Assembly: GCF_041956535.1 (NCBI RefSeq)
Contig: NW_027192205.1
Location: forward strand, 434,085 to 498,084
DNA length: 64,000 bases
Origin: Calcarisporiella thermophila CBS 279.70
Taxonomy: Eukaryota; Fungi; Calcarisporiellomycota
Reading direction: 5' to 3'
The position numbers and the translations under genes were made by a program. The notes below the pieces were generated by a model that saw only the letters and a list, made by a program, of their open reading frames with translations, was not told where the DNA came from and searched no databases. This document shows positions 1 through 12,641 of this stretch, one piece after another (the first letter of the stretch is position 1; each line of letters begins with the position of its first letter).

Positions 1-40
1 TTATCAGGAGTGACTGCGGAAATGAGAAGACGCGTTGGAA

Positions 41-48
41 TATAAATA
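41..48 (+). promoter_or_regulatory. Putative TATA box of the secreted-protein gene
   Basis: TATAAATA about 50 nt upstream of the ATG at 97. Confidence 0.55.
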
Positions 49-96
49 GGGACACCAGATTTTTTTGAGAGGATGTAAAATACAACTCACTGAAAA

Positions 97-609
97 ATGA
101 AGTATACTGTTATTTCTCTTCTCATCGCAACTCTCTTTGGAACCCTGCAAGTTCATGCCGCGCCTGTTGCTTCAAACGACGATGGATATGAAATCACCAA
201 TAAAAACGCGATCGAGCGTAGGCAGTTTGGACCGGTGTTAGGGGCGGTGGGAAATACAGCTGCTGAGGTTGGAGTAGGTAGCATACTAGGCGGTACTTTT
301 AATGGACCAGGAGCTGTTGGAAATGGGATCGTGAGAGTAGCTAAAGCAATCGACCCTACCATCCCCGACGAGGTTGGAAGTGGAGGCCTTACTTTTGTCG
401 GCAAGCCGTTTGGTCCCAGCTTTAAGGAGGCCCTTGACAGGGCAAATGAAAGAATTCTTCTAAGCCAGCCAGATGGCACGTTTCTGCCTAAAACCAAAAG
501 CGCCATCCCCGGTCAGGCCGATACATTTAAGGAAATGGTGAAAGGAGGCAAACGAGTGCCCATCATCGAAGTTGGACAAAACCTAAGGCCAAGGAAGAAC
601 CGCGCATAA
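97..609 (+). CDS. Small secreted, cysteine-free protein with a prepro region (170 aa, intronless)
   Basis: Signal peptide MKYTVISLLIATLFGTLQVHA-AP, acidic propeptide ending in a dibasic ERR|Q site, Gly-rich mature part, good start context (AAAAATG). Confidence 0.8.
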   Translation: MKYTVISLLIATLFGTLQVHAAPVASNDDGYEITNKNAIERRQFGPVLGAVGNTAAEVGVGSILGGTFNGPGAVGNGIVRVAKAIDPTIPDEVGSGGLTFVGKPFGPSFKEALDRANERILLSQPDGTFLPKTKSAIPGQADTFKEMVKGGKRVPIIEVGQNLRPRKNRA

Positions 610-1092
610 TGAGATGATGCTAAGCTCGATAGTTGCAAGCATCCTTTGTAGAGCTTATAGATAAGCTGTCCTAGATTATAGACAAATTTTTGTATTTATG
701 ATGTTCTTATTTGTTTAAATACTTTCAATTAGAATGCATGTTAGAATAACACTACTTTAGCAAATGCATGATCAACCTCACCATAGAAATAAACTATTTT
801 AGTCCAAACCACTTAGAAAATCCCAGTTTGCCCATGACATATTGGTTTGAGCACGAACCTCAAAAGGTAAATCCTTTTATCATGTCACACTTTATCCTAT
901 GGTCACAAGAGACGTTGCGTTGATAGGTTAAGGAGATACCCTTAGCATATCAATGGGCTCCGAATTTTCAGATGTATGGCGAAACATTCATAGGAGCGTT
1001 GTTTAATATTTCCGAGATCGAAAAAAATATCCAATTTTGAGCAACAAAAAAAAAGTCCAACAGAAGAGCATTTAAAGACACGTGTTTTTGAA

Positions 1093-4000
1093 CTACTTCT
1101 TTGACAGTTTCCGCAATAACAGTTTGATAACCCGTTTCCCAGCACGCAGGTTTTGCAAGCGAATTCGCTCGTTATTCAAATGCGCCTGATCGGACGATTG
1201 GCCCATGGGAAGATGTACGGCGGCTGCGCCAAAGGTTTTTTCCAACCAGCGAACTGCGGGAATAGAGCCTCCCTCGCGGCAAAAGAAGGGTTTGATACCC
1301 CATTCCTCCTCAATTGCGTCCGCAGTAGCTTTGAAAAATTCGTTTTCGGGATCGCCTAACCACCAGTCGGCTACATTCCGGAATTCAATCTACTCCCCAA
1401 CCCAGCGTCAGTGTCACACATATAATGAGTGGATCCAATCTAATGGCCTCATACCTTTAAACTATTATTCGATTCGAGCTCAGTGAACTGCAGCTGCACA
1501 TATTGCTTAAATTGCTCGATCACATCCGCGAGTCGCTGGTCCGGCACCACCCGCATACTGACTGCCGCACGCGCACTTCGGGGAATCACCGTGGGATTAT
1601 TAGGCCCACTGACGTCGATTTTGTGGATAGTAAGAGCAGGACGACGCCAACGCTTCATTATCTCTTGTTTGATATCGTCGGGGTGGGTTGCATTTACGAA
1701 ATAGGGATATTTCTGGTTACTACGTCCAGAAAGAAACAAACGGTTTAAGCTACAAGGTTCAGATGCACTACAAAGCATGCGCACACTTTACCTTCGCATC
1801 CAAGAAATGATCGGATCATAGAGCTTCTCTTCATTTTCCGAAAGGGACCGAACATTATTGTAAAATCCCGGTATAAGAACTTCGTTTTTTTCGGTCACCA
1901 CACGCGATAGTACGCGTATCATGTCGATGAGGGGCTCCGAGACTGCACCCCCCTCTACCCCGGAGTGAAGATCTGCGCGCTGACTTGTGATCTCAAGGGT
2001 TGCATGGATGACGCCCCGAAGGCCATAGTTGATGCATGGGATATCCTCTCCAAGCCAGTATGAGTTGCTGACTAAGATCATGTCCACCTCTCCGATCAGA
2101 TCTTTGTGCAGCTCCACCGCCTCGTAGAATCCCACACTGCCGCATTCCTCTTCCCCTTCAATCAAGAAGGCCACATTCACATCCAGTGCCTGCTCCATCT
2201 GGAGTTCGCTTGCGGCAAAAATGGCTGCGAGCATGGGGCCCTTGTTATCTGAAACGCCGCGCCCGTAGAGATAGCCATCCTGGCCAGTCATTTGGAAAGG
2301 ATGGCAGAACCACCTTTTTTCATCAGCCGCAATGACATCGTAGTGCCCGTACACCAGGACGGTGGGTTTGTTCTCGGAGGGTGACTGAGGTCCGGTATTT
2401 GCTGTAAATTTTCCAAACACGAGGGGATTTCGGCCAGGGGCACCAGGAATCTTGAAATAGAACAATAAGCATTGAAGCAGCAAACTATATTTGAAGAGGG
2501 TCACTTTACAAGCATTGCTTCCGCCCCTAGTTGCTTCAGCACGTGTTTCAAAAAAACAGCACCCTGTCGGCACTCATCTAAATAGCGTGGATTTCCGCTC
2601 ACGGTACGCAATGCAATCCATTTATCAAGAGCATAGAGCATTGTGTCTAAATATATTGAAAACGAAATACGGTCAACCTCCAGCCTCTTCACGAGATAGA
2701 GCAAGTCCGTACCTGAGCAGCTGGACTCGGCCGAATCTAAATAGGATGATGCCGAACCAAGCGCAGGAAGATCCCAAAACTAAAAATCAAGAATGTACTC
2801 GTTGGAGAAACAATTGTTCGCAAAATACACGACAATATATGAATGGCTTATACCTTAATGAGTTTGTCGCTTGCACCACTGATTAAGTAGTTTGGTGACA
2901 TGGCCAAGGAGAGAATGATGCCCTCGTGCGTCTGATAAGTTTTTGTGCACTCGAACTTGCGACTCCATTGCTGTAGAGAATTGTAACATCCAGTTATTCG
3001 AGCCTCGTGAAAGAAACGAACATGTGCATCCAGTCTCCTACCTTAATAAGGCCATCGGCAGAACCGCTATACAAGTGGTGATCCCTCACAACAAGAGCCA
3101 GCACATCGTCCTGTAGAAATATGCGTCCAGTACAAAAATGTATAAATTAAGGGAGGGAAAAAGGCGCTGTAGGGCAACGTAAAAACTTACATTATGGGCA
3201 ATGAGGGATCTGACCATTTGGAACTAATATAAAATAAATTAAAATGTATCTTGATGTAGGATTAAAGTAGAGGTACGAATGTTTTGCTTACAGTCTCGAG
3301 GTCCCATATCTATTTCATCATGGTGAAGATAAAACAAATTAGTGTGAGGATTTTAAAAATTTATGTAATAGTGATTCCACCTTAATATCTCCATCTTGTA
3401 CTCCACAGTATAGATAGCTCTCATCAATGGCCATTGCCATGATACCGCAATCGATTGCGACATTAATCGTCCGCCAAGGCTGAATACCTCCGTCTTCATC
3501 CAAAGTCCAAAGCTAGGAAGCCAACCCAAATTAGAGCATGGGAAATTTTACCTGTACGCGATGGATGTTTACCTTTAGATTTCCATCACCGGAACCCGAG
3601 AATAGGACCTCTTTTTCAAGCTGGGGCACACGACTCAAGCACAGAGTATACACGTATCCATCATGTGCATTATAATATACGTTCTGTTCTGAAATTTCGT
3701 ATTTTTCGGCTTCTGGCACTTCAGTTTGGACTGCCGCTAGACTCTCGTCGGGAGATTTCTCATCATTATCGAAACTTAATTCGCGCGCCTGGGCACAATC
3801 AAAGAAACGAGATGTTGTCGAGACACGCCGAGCAGCCTTGCCGGGATCTTCGCCCCCATTTATGTGGGAACGTTTTCGCGAGATGTTAAACCACTAGACG
3901 TAAATGGAGAGAAGGCAGACCATGTAAGAGTTTGGGTTCGTAGATACAGAGAATTGAAGCTTTAAGCTCACTTGAATACTAGTGTTTTGACAACCGATGT

Positions 4001-4648
4001 AGAGTGTGTTGTGAACGAGAGAGAAAACAACCGAGAAAACATCGCCCACGTCGTGGCAGGAAAATATTTGATAAAGACATTTCAACGTGGTTGTGTCCCA
4101 TACCTAGTAGAAAGAGAGTAACCATTGAGAAAAGAGGGGAGAAAATGGCGAGGAGCTCTTTTTCTTTGAACCATACTCTCACAGTGCCGTCGGCTATTGC
4201 AAAGGAATATATATATACGTAAATAAATACAACCCAATAAAAAAAAAGGGAAACTGACCTGAAGAGCTAAAGAGAAACCGGTTGTCGGCCGATAGCGATA
4301 GACAGAGTATACTACCCTGATGGCCTCCCAGCCTGCCTAAGCACTGAAAATTTTCTAGATCCCATACCTAGTGGTGCGGGTAGTTAGTAACACGATCATT
4401 CATACGCGGGCAGATTTCTCACATAAATGCAAGTGCCTTGCGAGCCACTAAACAAATAGCGGTCATTTGACGCAAGGGAAAGAATAGAATGCTTTTCCTG
4501 AGTGATGGTGTGTATACAATGAGATGATGCTGGTGATGCGTGTTTAAAGATGCTAACTGGGGCGGGAAAGAGATCCTGAGAGTTGCAGCCCATTTTTTGT
4601 ACAAGGGTAGCGAGGATGAGACATACCTGCGGGAGTTGGGCTCGCCAT
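1093..4648 (-). CDS. DUG2: WD40 + M20 metallopeptidase, Dug2-like di/tripeptidase of glutathione degradation (multi-exon)
   Basis: N-terminal WD repeats (LFSGSGDGNLKVW, IWDLET). M20 motifs YGHYDV, LYGRGVSDNKGP, EGEEE, DLHSG. Last exon REGGSIP...MGQSSDQAHLNNERI, stop TAG at 1093-1095. ATG at 4648 is followed by a GTATGT donor. Confidence 0.9.
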
Positions 4649-5054
4649 TCTTTTTGGGTATGGTTCTTGCTCCATTCTCTGCCGCGTGCGTGCGCTTTCG
4701 GCTTATATATGATTTTTTTTTAAGTTTCGTAAAAAAAAAAAATGCGACCCAAATTGCTGGGCATAGTGCATGATCATTTTCCTCTTCTGGGCTTAAGTCA
4801 ATTATTGGCTTGGATGACGTGCTAGTTGCACGCTCCGTACAGCCCTATTCAAATCGGATTGTATCGAGCCTTCACAGCACCAAGGCGAGGCGAGGCCAGG
4901 TGCAGTCAAGTAAGTTCAAGCAGCAGCAGGAAACAATAAAGTGGGTGGTTCAGGGTATTAAGGCATTGTTTATATATATAAATGTAATAGAAGCGTGGAT
5001 GGATAGTATCAACAGTCTCAGCGGATAATGATAAAAGTACATTTTGTTTAGTAA

Positions 5055-5638
5055 TTAAACGTTAATCCTCCTAGCTCGTCTTCTCTCCTGATCCCGGATA
5101 AGCTTTCGCTGTCGCCATACCATTACACTTGTCGCCAGCAATGCAACCACGATGTTTATCACCTAGCAGATTTTTTCCAAGTTTCCATCAAGATCCAAAT
5201 TCCAAGTTGCACTCCTCAAAGTCTAAGGCATTACCTGAAACTCATAAAACTTCAATCGTTCTACCCGCCGCACTTTGGGGCAAGCGCGGTATGTAGGTAG
5301 AGTTGTGTTTTGATCACTTTTCCCGGAATCGAAGAAACATTGGATCGGCTCCTTATTTCCGTAGATGGAGCAATAATCCTCAGTTTTGCGCTCAAGATCG
5401 GTGCATGGCTCACACTCGCCTATCGAAACACATGTTAAACCATCGCCATTCTGGCGGATGTAGAGAGAATAAGATTCCGAAGATGTGACAGTGAAGCTAC
5501 GAGCGAGGAATCAAAACGCAATTAGTTGGGGCTAAATGTTTTCTAAATGCATGCCAGACTTGGATGTGCAAGTCGTACTTCTTACCTTAGTGAGAAAATT
5601 ATGAGCAACCTTAATAATAGGATTGATCTTTTGGACAT
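5055..5638 (-). CDS. JTB (jumping translocation breakpoint)-like type I membrane protein, 140 aa, 3 exons (5638-5586, 5496-5235, 5162-5055)
   Basis: Spliced translation MSKRSILLLRLLIIFSLSFTVTSS...TCVSIGECEPCTDLERKTEDYCSIYGNKEPIQC...TYRACPKVRRVERLKFYEFQVINIVVALLATSVMVWRQRKLIRDQERRRARRINV*. It has a signal peptide, a 6-Cys ectodomain, a TM helix and a basic RQRKL tail. GT-AG sites keep the frame. Confidence 0.8.
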
Positions 5639-5863
5639 TTTTCCGTGAACCCACTCTGGAAGAGTCGTTTGTTCAAAATTGCTAAATTCTCTATACCAAT
5701 TTGCAAAGCCACTGCCTAGATTTAATTTCATCCCATTTTCCTTGATCAAGATTGCAGTGTGTTGAAAGGAGAATCCCATACAGAAATAAAATTTTCCACA
5801 TGAGATTAAATATTTAATATGAAAAAAAAAGCAATACACTAGAGGTGGCACTTGGAGCCAAAT

Positions 5864-8800
5864 TTAAACGTTGGCTCGTTTGAACAAGCTGAAGCGAGGT
5901 GCTTGGATGTGTTGAATTTCGTGAATGCCGTGGCCTCGTCGGTCACTGAAAAAAAAAAGGCAAAGAGTAACGATTATACACTATGGAACGCAAGCATGGA
6001 GTCCTCATGATACTAACCTCTCTTGTGGCGGAGGATTTGTCTGCACTAGCAATCCGAATAAAACACATGTTCGAGCATAGTTTCGCTGCGAATTCTTGAC
6101 AATTTGGGGCTCAAAGAAGGCCAAGTTAATCGGGTCGATCTGCCGTTGAAAGGAAAGGGAAAAGGATAAGTGACACAAACTAGGGGAGAAAGGAATGCAA
6201 ATGTGAATGAGACCTTTTGTTGGATGTGTCTTGCAACCTCCTCCATGCTTCCACGATCTGTTAGCCCAGTTTCTGTTGCGAGATGCCCCTCGAAAACTTT
6301 CGCAAGATACTTGATATCAAACAGCATTTGTAATGCGCCCTTTTCCGTTAAACGATTCTCGAGTGCCTCATCGGCTCCAGTTTCTTCTGGATTGGGTATA
6401 TTCTCCGAAGAGGTAGGTATGTCTGCTCCTTTCTCTGCTTCAACCGTGGACTCCGCCGCAGTCGTCGGCTCGCCTGAGTGGAGGCTTGCTCCCGCTTTAT
6501 CATTAGATTCGGGTTCGTTCTCGGGTGCCCCCACTTCTTCTTCCTGTTCTCCAGTCTGGATTGTCTCGGCATGCTTCTCCCCTCCAGCCTCTGCCTCGTC
6601 TTTATTATCTTCCGGCACCTGTTTCTTTTCCGTATTTTGAGCCGGCTCCTCTCCTTCGCTTTCGCCTTTTACCTCACTTCCTTTTAGCTCTTCTTCCTTC
6701 TTCACTTCAACTGTCTTCTCCTCCTTCTTCTTTTCTTCAACTGTCTTCTCTTCTTCCTTCTCTTTTTCTTCCCTTTCTTCTGCCTGCTTTTTCGAGAGTT
6801 CGTATTCCCGCTTTCTTTCTTCCGCTTTGCGTTCATGTTCCTCCTCTTCCAGCGCAATCTTCTCTAAGAATCGTCTATAGCTTGCGAGAAAGGCGGAGCA
6901 TAAGCGCTGGGACAGGCTTGCTACAGCTTCCGGTTGCAAGGTTGCCGAGCCTGCACGGTTCAAGCGCTTGCACAATTGGACCAGGGCCTTCAATATGGCT
7001 CGGGACACGCTGGCCGGGAGTTGGACGGTCTCGCCTTCTGAATGCTCTGAGGTCTGAATAGCGGTGGCTATATGAACCAGAGTGAGTGGGACACATGGAA
7101 TGAGAAGGCGGAAATATCCTTACCTTCCCACGTATGCATTAGGGCATCGGTATCGTTCCACGTCGCTCCACACAAGAATGTCTCTATAGCTTCAGACGCT
7201 TCCCTGACTAATGCCTCGATCCAGCTTTGTTGTGAAGACGCATACAAGCTCATAAACATAGCCTGTACCTCTTTAGTGCGAGAGTCTAGTCGGATCCATT
7301 ATTGATGAGCAACCCATTCGTCAATAGGCCACATAACTAGTGACCAAGGGAATAGGGGTATTTTACCAGGTTCGAGCTTGGCCATGTATCCACTTCCAAC
7401 CATCCGCCCAGCTGCCTGCTTCTGATACTGCTGTATCTGGGTAAGCACCCCGGGGAGCTGTTCCGAGCGAGTACCAAGGGTCTGCGAAATGCGCCCGAGC
7501 AATAGTGTTTTATCGTAGGATTCTACAGCAGTGGGTCGAAATATTCAGCTAAAAGTGGAAGGGCAAGAAGCAAAGAGCCATTTTTTCTGACCTTGTTGGG
7601 TGGGATCGTGTGAAGAGCTCAACTCCTCTAGCATTGCTTTGAGGCCGTCGCAATAGTCCCGGATGGTTGCTAGCCATCGGTCCTGGAAATATTCCGATAA
7701 GCTCTGGGAATCACTAAGGAAAAATAGCATCAAATGGGGTCCAATGTAACGATGGAAGGTGGGAGGTTGAATGAACCAACCTTCTTGCAGAGAACATGGC
7801 CTGTAATAAGTCTCCGTCTTCACCCTCAAATAGAATCCCGCATTTAACGTCGCTCAAAAGATGCTCTATAGCTCGATCGAACTGCATTCTAGATGCTTTC
7901 ACCGTAGGCGTATCTGCTCCTACCCATTCTCGCATTAGGCGCCTTAGTCCGTCCGTATCCATCAGCGGCCCCGTTCCCCGAACTTCCTCGTGAAGGGGAG
8001 ACCAAACAAATCGCCCCACGTCCCAGTCATTTTCACGAGCAGAGAAGAGGGCATGGCGTAGAATAGTGCAAGGCTGGGCGGCAATCTCGGATAGGGATGA
8101 GTTGACAATGGTTTGGAAGTGATTGTGGAAGCTTTGGCGGAAGAGAGATGCCCAGATGAAAAATTCCGCACCAAGGGATACCTCGCATATCTGTACAAAT
8201 ATATACTTGTAAGCCAAGAGAAGATTTGCCACTGCAAATGGATGGGCGATCGAGATACCTGTTTCCATGTCATGGGCAACCCGTCCCCACTATAGACCGA
8301 CCATCTTGGGGAGCGGGATTCTCTGATCCGCATGAATACCGATCTCCGCCTATCTCGCGCCTCGATTCCGGTTTGCATATCGTCGGCTCTTCCCAGCACA
8401 TCCCAAACGCCCTTGCGTAGTGCGGCCAGTTCCTGACAACTCTTGGCCACCGACGCTAGAAATCGCTCCAACTTCTGTTCGAATTCCTCCTTTGCCAAGT
8501 TGACCCAATGTCCCACCGCGCGACGAGCATCATCGGCCGTGAAAGGGGTCTCGTTTAAGCATGGAGTGTAAGAGTGCACCGACTCAGGCAGATAGCGCAC
8601 CAGCAGATGCACGTTTGCCGTGGGAGAGTAGAGCCGCGGAATCATGGATATCGATTTATAGTCTCTGTTTTGTATGGGTGAGAGGTCCAGCTCCTCGTTC
8701 ATGGTAAAACCCACGCGGAGTTGTTGTAGATACGCATCGAACATCAATTGGCTCTCGGACTCGCCGAGCATGGGCTGAATACAGATGCGAGTCACCTGTG

Positions 8801-10028
8801 ATACCGTCGCCTTAAAGAGCCGAACCATAGAGGCCAGGCGTGAAGCGGGGGTGTCTGCAGGGTTATTGGTGGCGAAAGGTTTATCGAAAAAATCGGCCAG
8901 GGCGGACGTACGCATCTCAAGTAGTAGTTTAACGGTATCTTTCATTGTATAATTATCAAGTAGCATGATGGCCGCCAGAGTTTCGGCGACACTCTGGAGA
9001 AATAGGCGCCAAAAAGTTAATTTGAAACTGGAACCAGGAGAAATTTTAACTGAACCTCACCTTGGCAGTAGTATTGAACAGCTTCAAGAAAGCGATGCTT
9101 CTTTGGAGAATATGGCCTTTGAAATGGCTAACTACATCCCATTGTCTTTGCACCACTGGGAATGTGTTCTGATTGCATATATAGAGATAAGCATCAAAGA
9201 CGAATGCTCAAGCTTGATGAAGCTAGGCCAAACTTACGGCAATGCTAATAGGCATATCATCCTTCTCAGACTGAAGATTTTTGTACACGGCCTTTGCAAG
9301 AAGATACAGCCGGCTGGCAAGCAGATATTTCTGATCCTCAAGGGCGCGCCAAATCTAATAGCAACACTGACTACAATAAGAATTGTCCAAAAAGAACGTG
9401 CCGCCCAATATTACCTGTTCAGGCACATCTACTAGGACCTTTATTTGCGCCGCTGCAGCATAGAGTGAATGTTGTATCTCATCTTCTACGGACATAGGGG
9501 GAAAACTCAGTGGACTGGGGTAATAACCCCCGTAATTTTAGGCACGACTTACCATCAACACGATTCTCCTTGTTCGTCGAAAGGATCTTCGCTCGCCTCC
9601 GAATCTCATGTACATCGCAGCCAGACTGCATAGAGGCCAGTACATCTTGCGTAGAATTGATGTTTTTCTGCATGGCAACAATAGCATCGGCAGCAGAAAT
9701 AATGTCTCGGTAGCGCTCGCTAGAAGTTGGAGAGGAATACATCGGTTTCCCTTTTCATCCAAAAAGAAAGACTACATGTTATTCTTACCCGACCATAAGC
9801 CTCAGATCCTTCTTCTTCTGATCAATATCCGCCCTATACGAGGTAAAGTTAGAGTCGATTTTCCTTGACGAAACTTCATTAACCTAGCACAGTAGCGCTC
9901 TCTCACCTCATCTTTTTCTCCATCGCACGCAACTCCGGGACGCTATATTTGTAAAACAGCTCATCAGCGTTCTGCACCTTCCATGGCGCATCGCCCACGT
10001 TTGTCGTAGTAGATGAGCGGCGTGACAT
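5864..10028 (-). CDS. COG1: Conserved oligomeric Golgi complex subunit 1 (Vps51/Vps67 N-terminal domain), multi-exon
   Basis: ADELFYKYSVPELRAMEKK...DLRLMVGERYRDIISAADAI at the N-terminus. C-terminal ALQMLFDIKYL and IDPINLAFFEP...YARTCVLFGLL...APRFSL. Confidence 0.85.
6701..6762 (-). repeat. Imperfect 30-bp tandem duplication in the Glu/Lys-rich insert of COG1 (KEEEKTVEEK/KKEEKTVEVK)
   Basis: CTTCAACTGTCTTCTC occurs twice, 30 bp apart. Confidence 0.7.
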
Positions 10029-10291
10029 GTCTAAATCCGCCCCAGCATGAAGAGAAATTCGCTTGAGTCCTCCTCGAGATGTGAATTGTGACGCGTTAAA
10101 TCGGATAGCCTGGTGATAACTACCAATTTCATTTATTACCTCCAAAAAAAAATTCGCGATAAGCTAGTGTACACAAAATGCACACAATGGGCAGCTTCCT
10201 TCTAGAGTTCTACGCCATATTGTTTAATAATCAAGGTGGTATAATATGCATAGAAAAGGGGGTATGCTACAATAATTTAAACAAAAACGAC

Positions 10292-11796
10292 TCAATTATT
10301 GTAAACCAAAAAATCATGGACGCCGGTGTATTTGACCGCAAATCGCCTTCCATCTGAGGTTGGTTGGGAAAAGGCGATTTGAGAGGGCACCAGCTGCCAC
10401 CCATAGACGAAGGTGGACCTGTCATAGTGAAGAGTGTTTACATTAACATGAATCCCATGGACGGGTGGTGCATACCCGCTAATAAATGATAAATTTTACC
10501 TGACTATATCTAAGAGCATTGTTGCAATTCCCTTTCGACGATATGGACGTGCAACCCAAATACGACTGATGCCACATACCGCCGGCTCTGCTTCAGGACT
10601 GCAAAAGAAGTATTTAGGATTAACCCAGTTGCCGAGAACTTGCTTCATTAATGTGATAGCTACCTGCAAAATGTTGCCGAGTCGTCCTCCACATCGTCTT
10701 CCTGCCGTAGTTCTCCGACTTGGGAGACCTCCATGTTTTCCGACCCCGGGGCCTTAGTTGCCACAATTCGATTCGCCTTGGTGATCGACTCGGCGACGAC
10801 ACAACCATGAACTTGTTTCTGCGAGATGTAAAGGTAAATTTTCGCCCCGGCCAATTGATCCTCGCCGAGCTCAACTGAGTTGAGCTGGGCATTGACGACG
10901 GCCAAAATTTCCCGAGCCTTCTCATGTCAAATTTGTGAGTATATAACCAGCTTTTGAATAGGCATCAACGCGGCAGTACGCTACCTTTTTTCTTTCATGG
11001 AAATTCGAGTGGGACGAGACTAGAACCACTCGGCCATCTGCTAGCCGTTTGACCACATTCTCCCCTTTGTATACCTACAGGCGTTGAGCGTGTGAGATGG
11101 GCTACATTTTATGTTATTTTTCGTAAATAGGCACTCACGGGATAATCCATTTGGCCCATAACAGCCTTATGGTGGCGCGCATGAAGGATATCGTCTTCGC
11201 CTGTGCCTGGGTTGTAGGAGAGGCCACACTCGAGGCACGTCACTGGGGCCATCGACTTCTGGTTGAAATCCAAAAAAAGCTGTTCATAGCGTTTTCGAGC
11301 CGGCTGAAGTTGCTCGTTCTTCAGCCTCTTTTTGCGACGCGCGCAGGGGGACGAGAGCAATGGGTTTTCAAGGGATAAATTGAGCCTTCTTTTAGGAGTG
11401 GTGTGAACATTAACAGGCGAGGAGGAGGGAGTTAAGTGGCCCGTATGCGCCAATGGGTGGATACCACATGAGAGTCGTCTCTTACGAGAACAAAAATCTA
11501 TTTCGATATCGCTATGGGTTGTGAAATAAATGGGAATATATATAATGTCAATGTGGGTTGATATAATTCTAGCCAAATGCGTTCATTGATCACCTTGATC
11601 TAGTTGGAGACGAGCTGCGATCACTGTCGGTATATCTCTTGCGTCCGTACGTATGCTTGACGACTGGTCGATGTCTATATATCGATTATTTTAGAAGCCA
11701 AGCGCGTTAGAGGAAGCTACCCCTAATGTAATATTCCATGTACATTGAGTGAATATACCTGATTTTATCCGAAACGTTAATGGACTTGGGCGTCAT
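10292..11796 (-). CDS. ECO1: Cohesin acetyltransferase Eco1/ESCO (multi-exon)
   Basis: PIP box QLFLDF, C2H2 finger [23 protein letters not shown], acetyltransferase [17 protein letters not shown], terminal [13 protein letters not shown]...FLVYNN*. Confidence 0.92.
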
Positions 11797-11832
11797 AGTT
11801 AGAAGTAGAATAGGAATGATCTCGAGACAATG

Positions 11833-11901
11833 ACGCGTTCCATTAATGATAAAAAGCAAACGTAAATTGGACAATAAAAAAAAAACGCGTGCCCGACGCG
11901 T
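11833..11901. promoter_or_regulatory. Cluster of three ACGCGT (MCB-like) elements upstream of ECO1
   Basis: ACGCGT at 11833, 11885 and 11896, all within about 105 nt of the ECO1 ATG. Confidence 0.6.
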
Positions 11902-12641
11902 TTAATTTCCAAGAATGAACAATCTGTGGCTGCAGCAATTAGATTAAAATTCTCGTCGCATTGTAGCCAATCGACAATTATGATATGGAAACTAGTCAAT
12001 CTAAAGAGCGCGTCCTTGAGAAAATAAACTGCACTGCAGAGTGAGTAGAAGAGAGCGTCCTGTACCGCACACTGACAAGAGAGTGTATTACGCTCCAAGA
12101 TCGCCCAACGTTATTTCGAAGCGCTATAATTCGAGAGACTTGGTAGGTATAACTTCAATTAGTGAATAATAAGGTTATCTGCTCATGGAACGCTGAAAGA
12201 TTCGTCTAGAGGCACCGTTTATTCTCTCATACTCAGTTAAAATGTGCTGATTAGGAGGCTTGTTTTGATGCTAGTCAAAATCGGTTGGTCTAATATAAAT
12301 TTCGCAGTTGTGAAGAATGTAAGATGTGTGATATCTGGTTCATCCGACTGCACTAATGCTAACTGAACACAAGTAACGAACAGTATATACCCAACAATCC
12401 AATTCACAACTAATGCTTTTTGAAATAAACTCAAGTATTGAATGCGACACTGTATTGCTCTAGATTATGGATTTTTAGAGAATTTATATTGCCGATTTCT
12501 CTGATTCTTTAGGGTATGCAATTTCCAATAATCAGCACACTTGATCAAGCCTGAAATCTCCCAAATAATCCCTCTCTTACCACCAAAACTAAACATTGGA
12601 CTGCTAATTCATTACAATTGCATAGATTTTTTTATCCTATA

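Noticed and set aside
920-945. GGTTAAGGA / TCCTTAAC resembling a U12 branch site or a U6atac segment
   Set aside because: Lies in the 3' flank between convergent genes, with no matching donor or other snRNA motifs
12237-12434. Short hydrophobic ORF between ECO1 and DPH4
   Set aside because: Starts at TTG, AT-rich, no supporting splice or homology evidence
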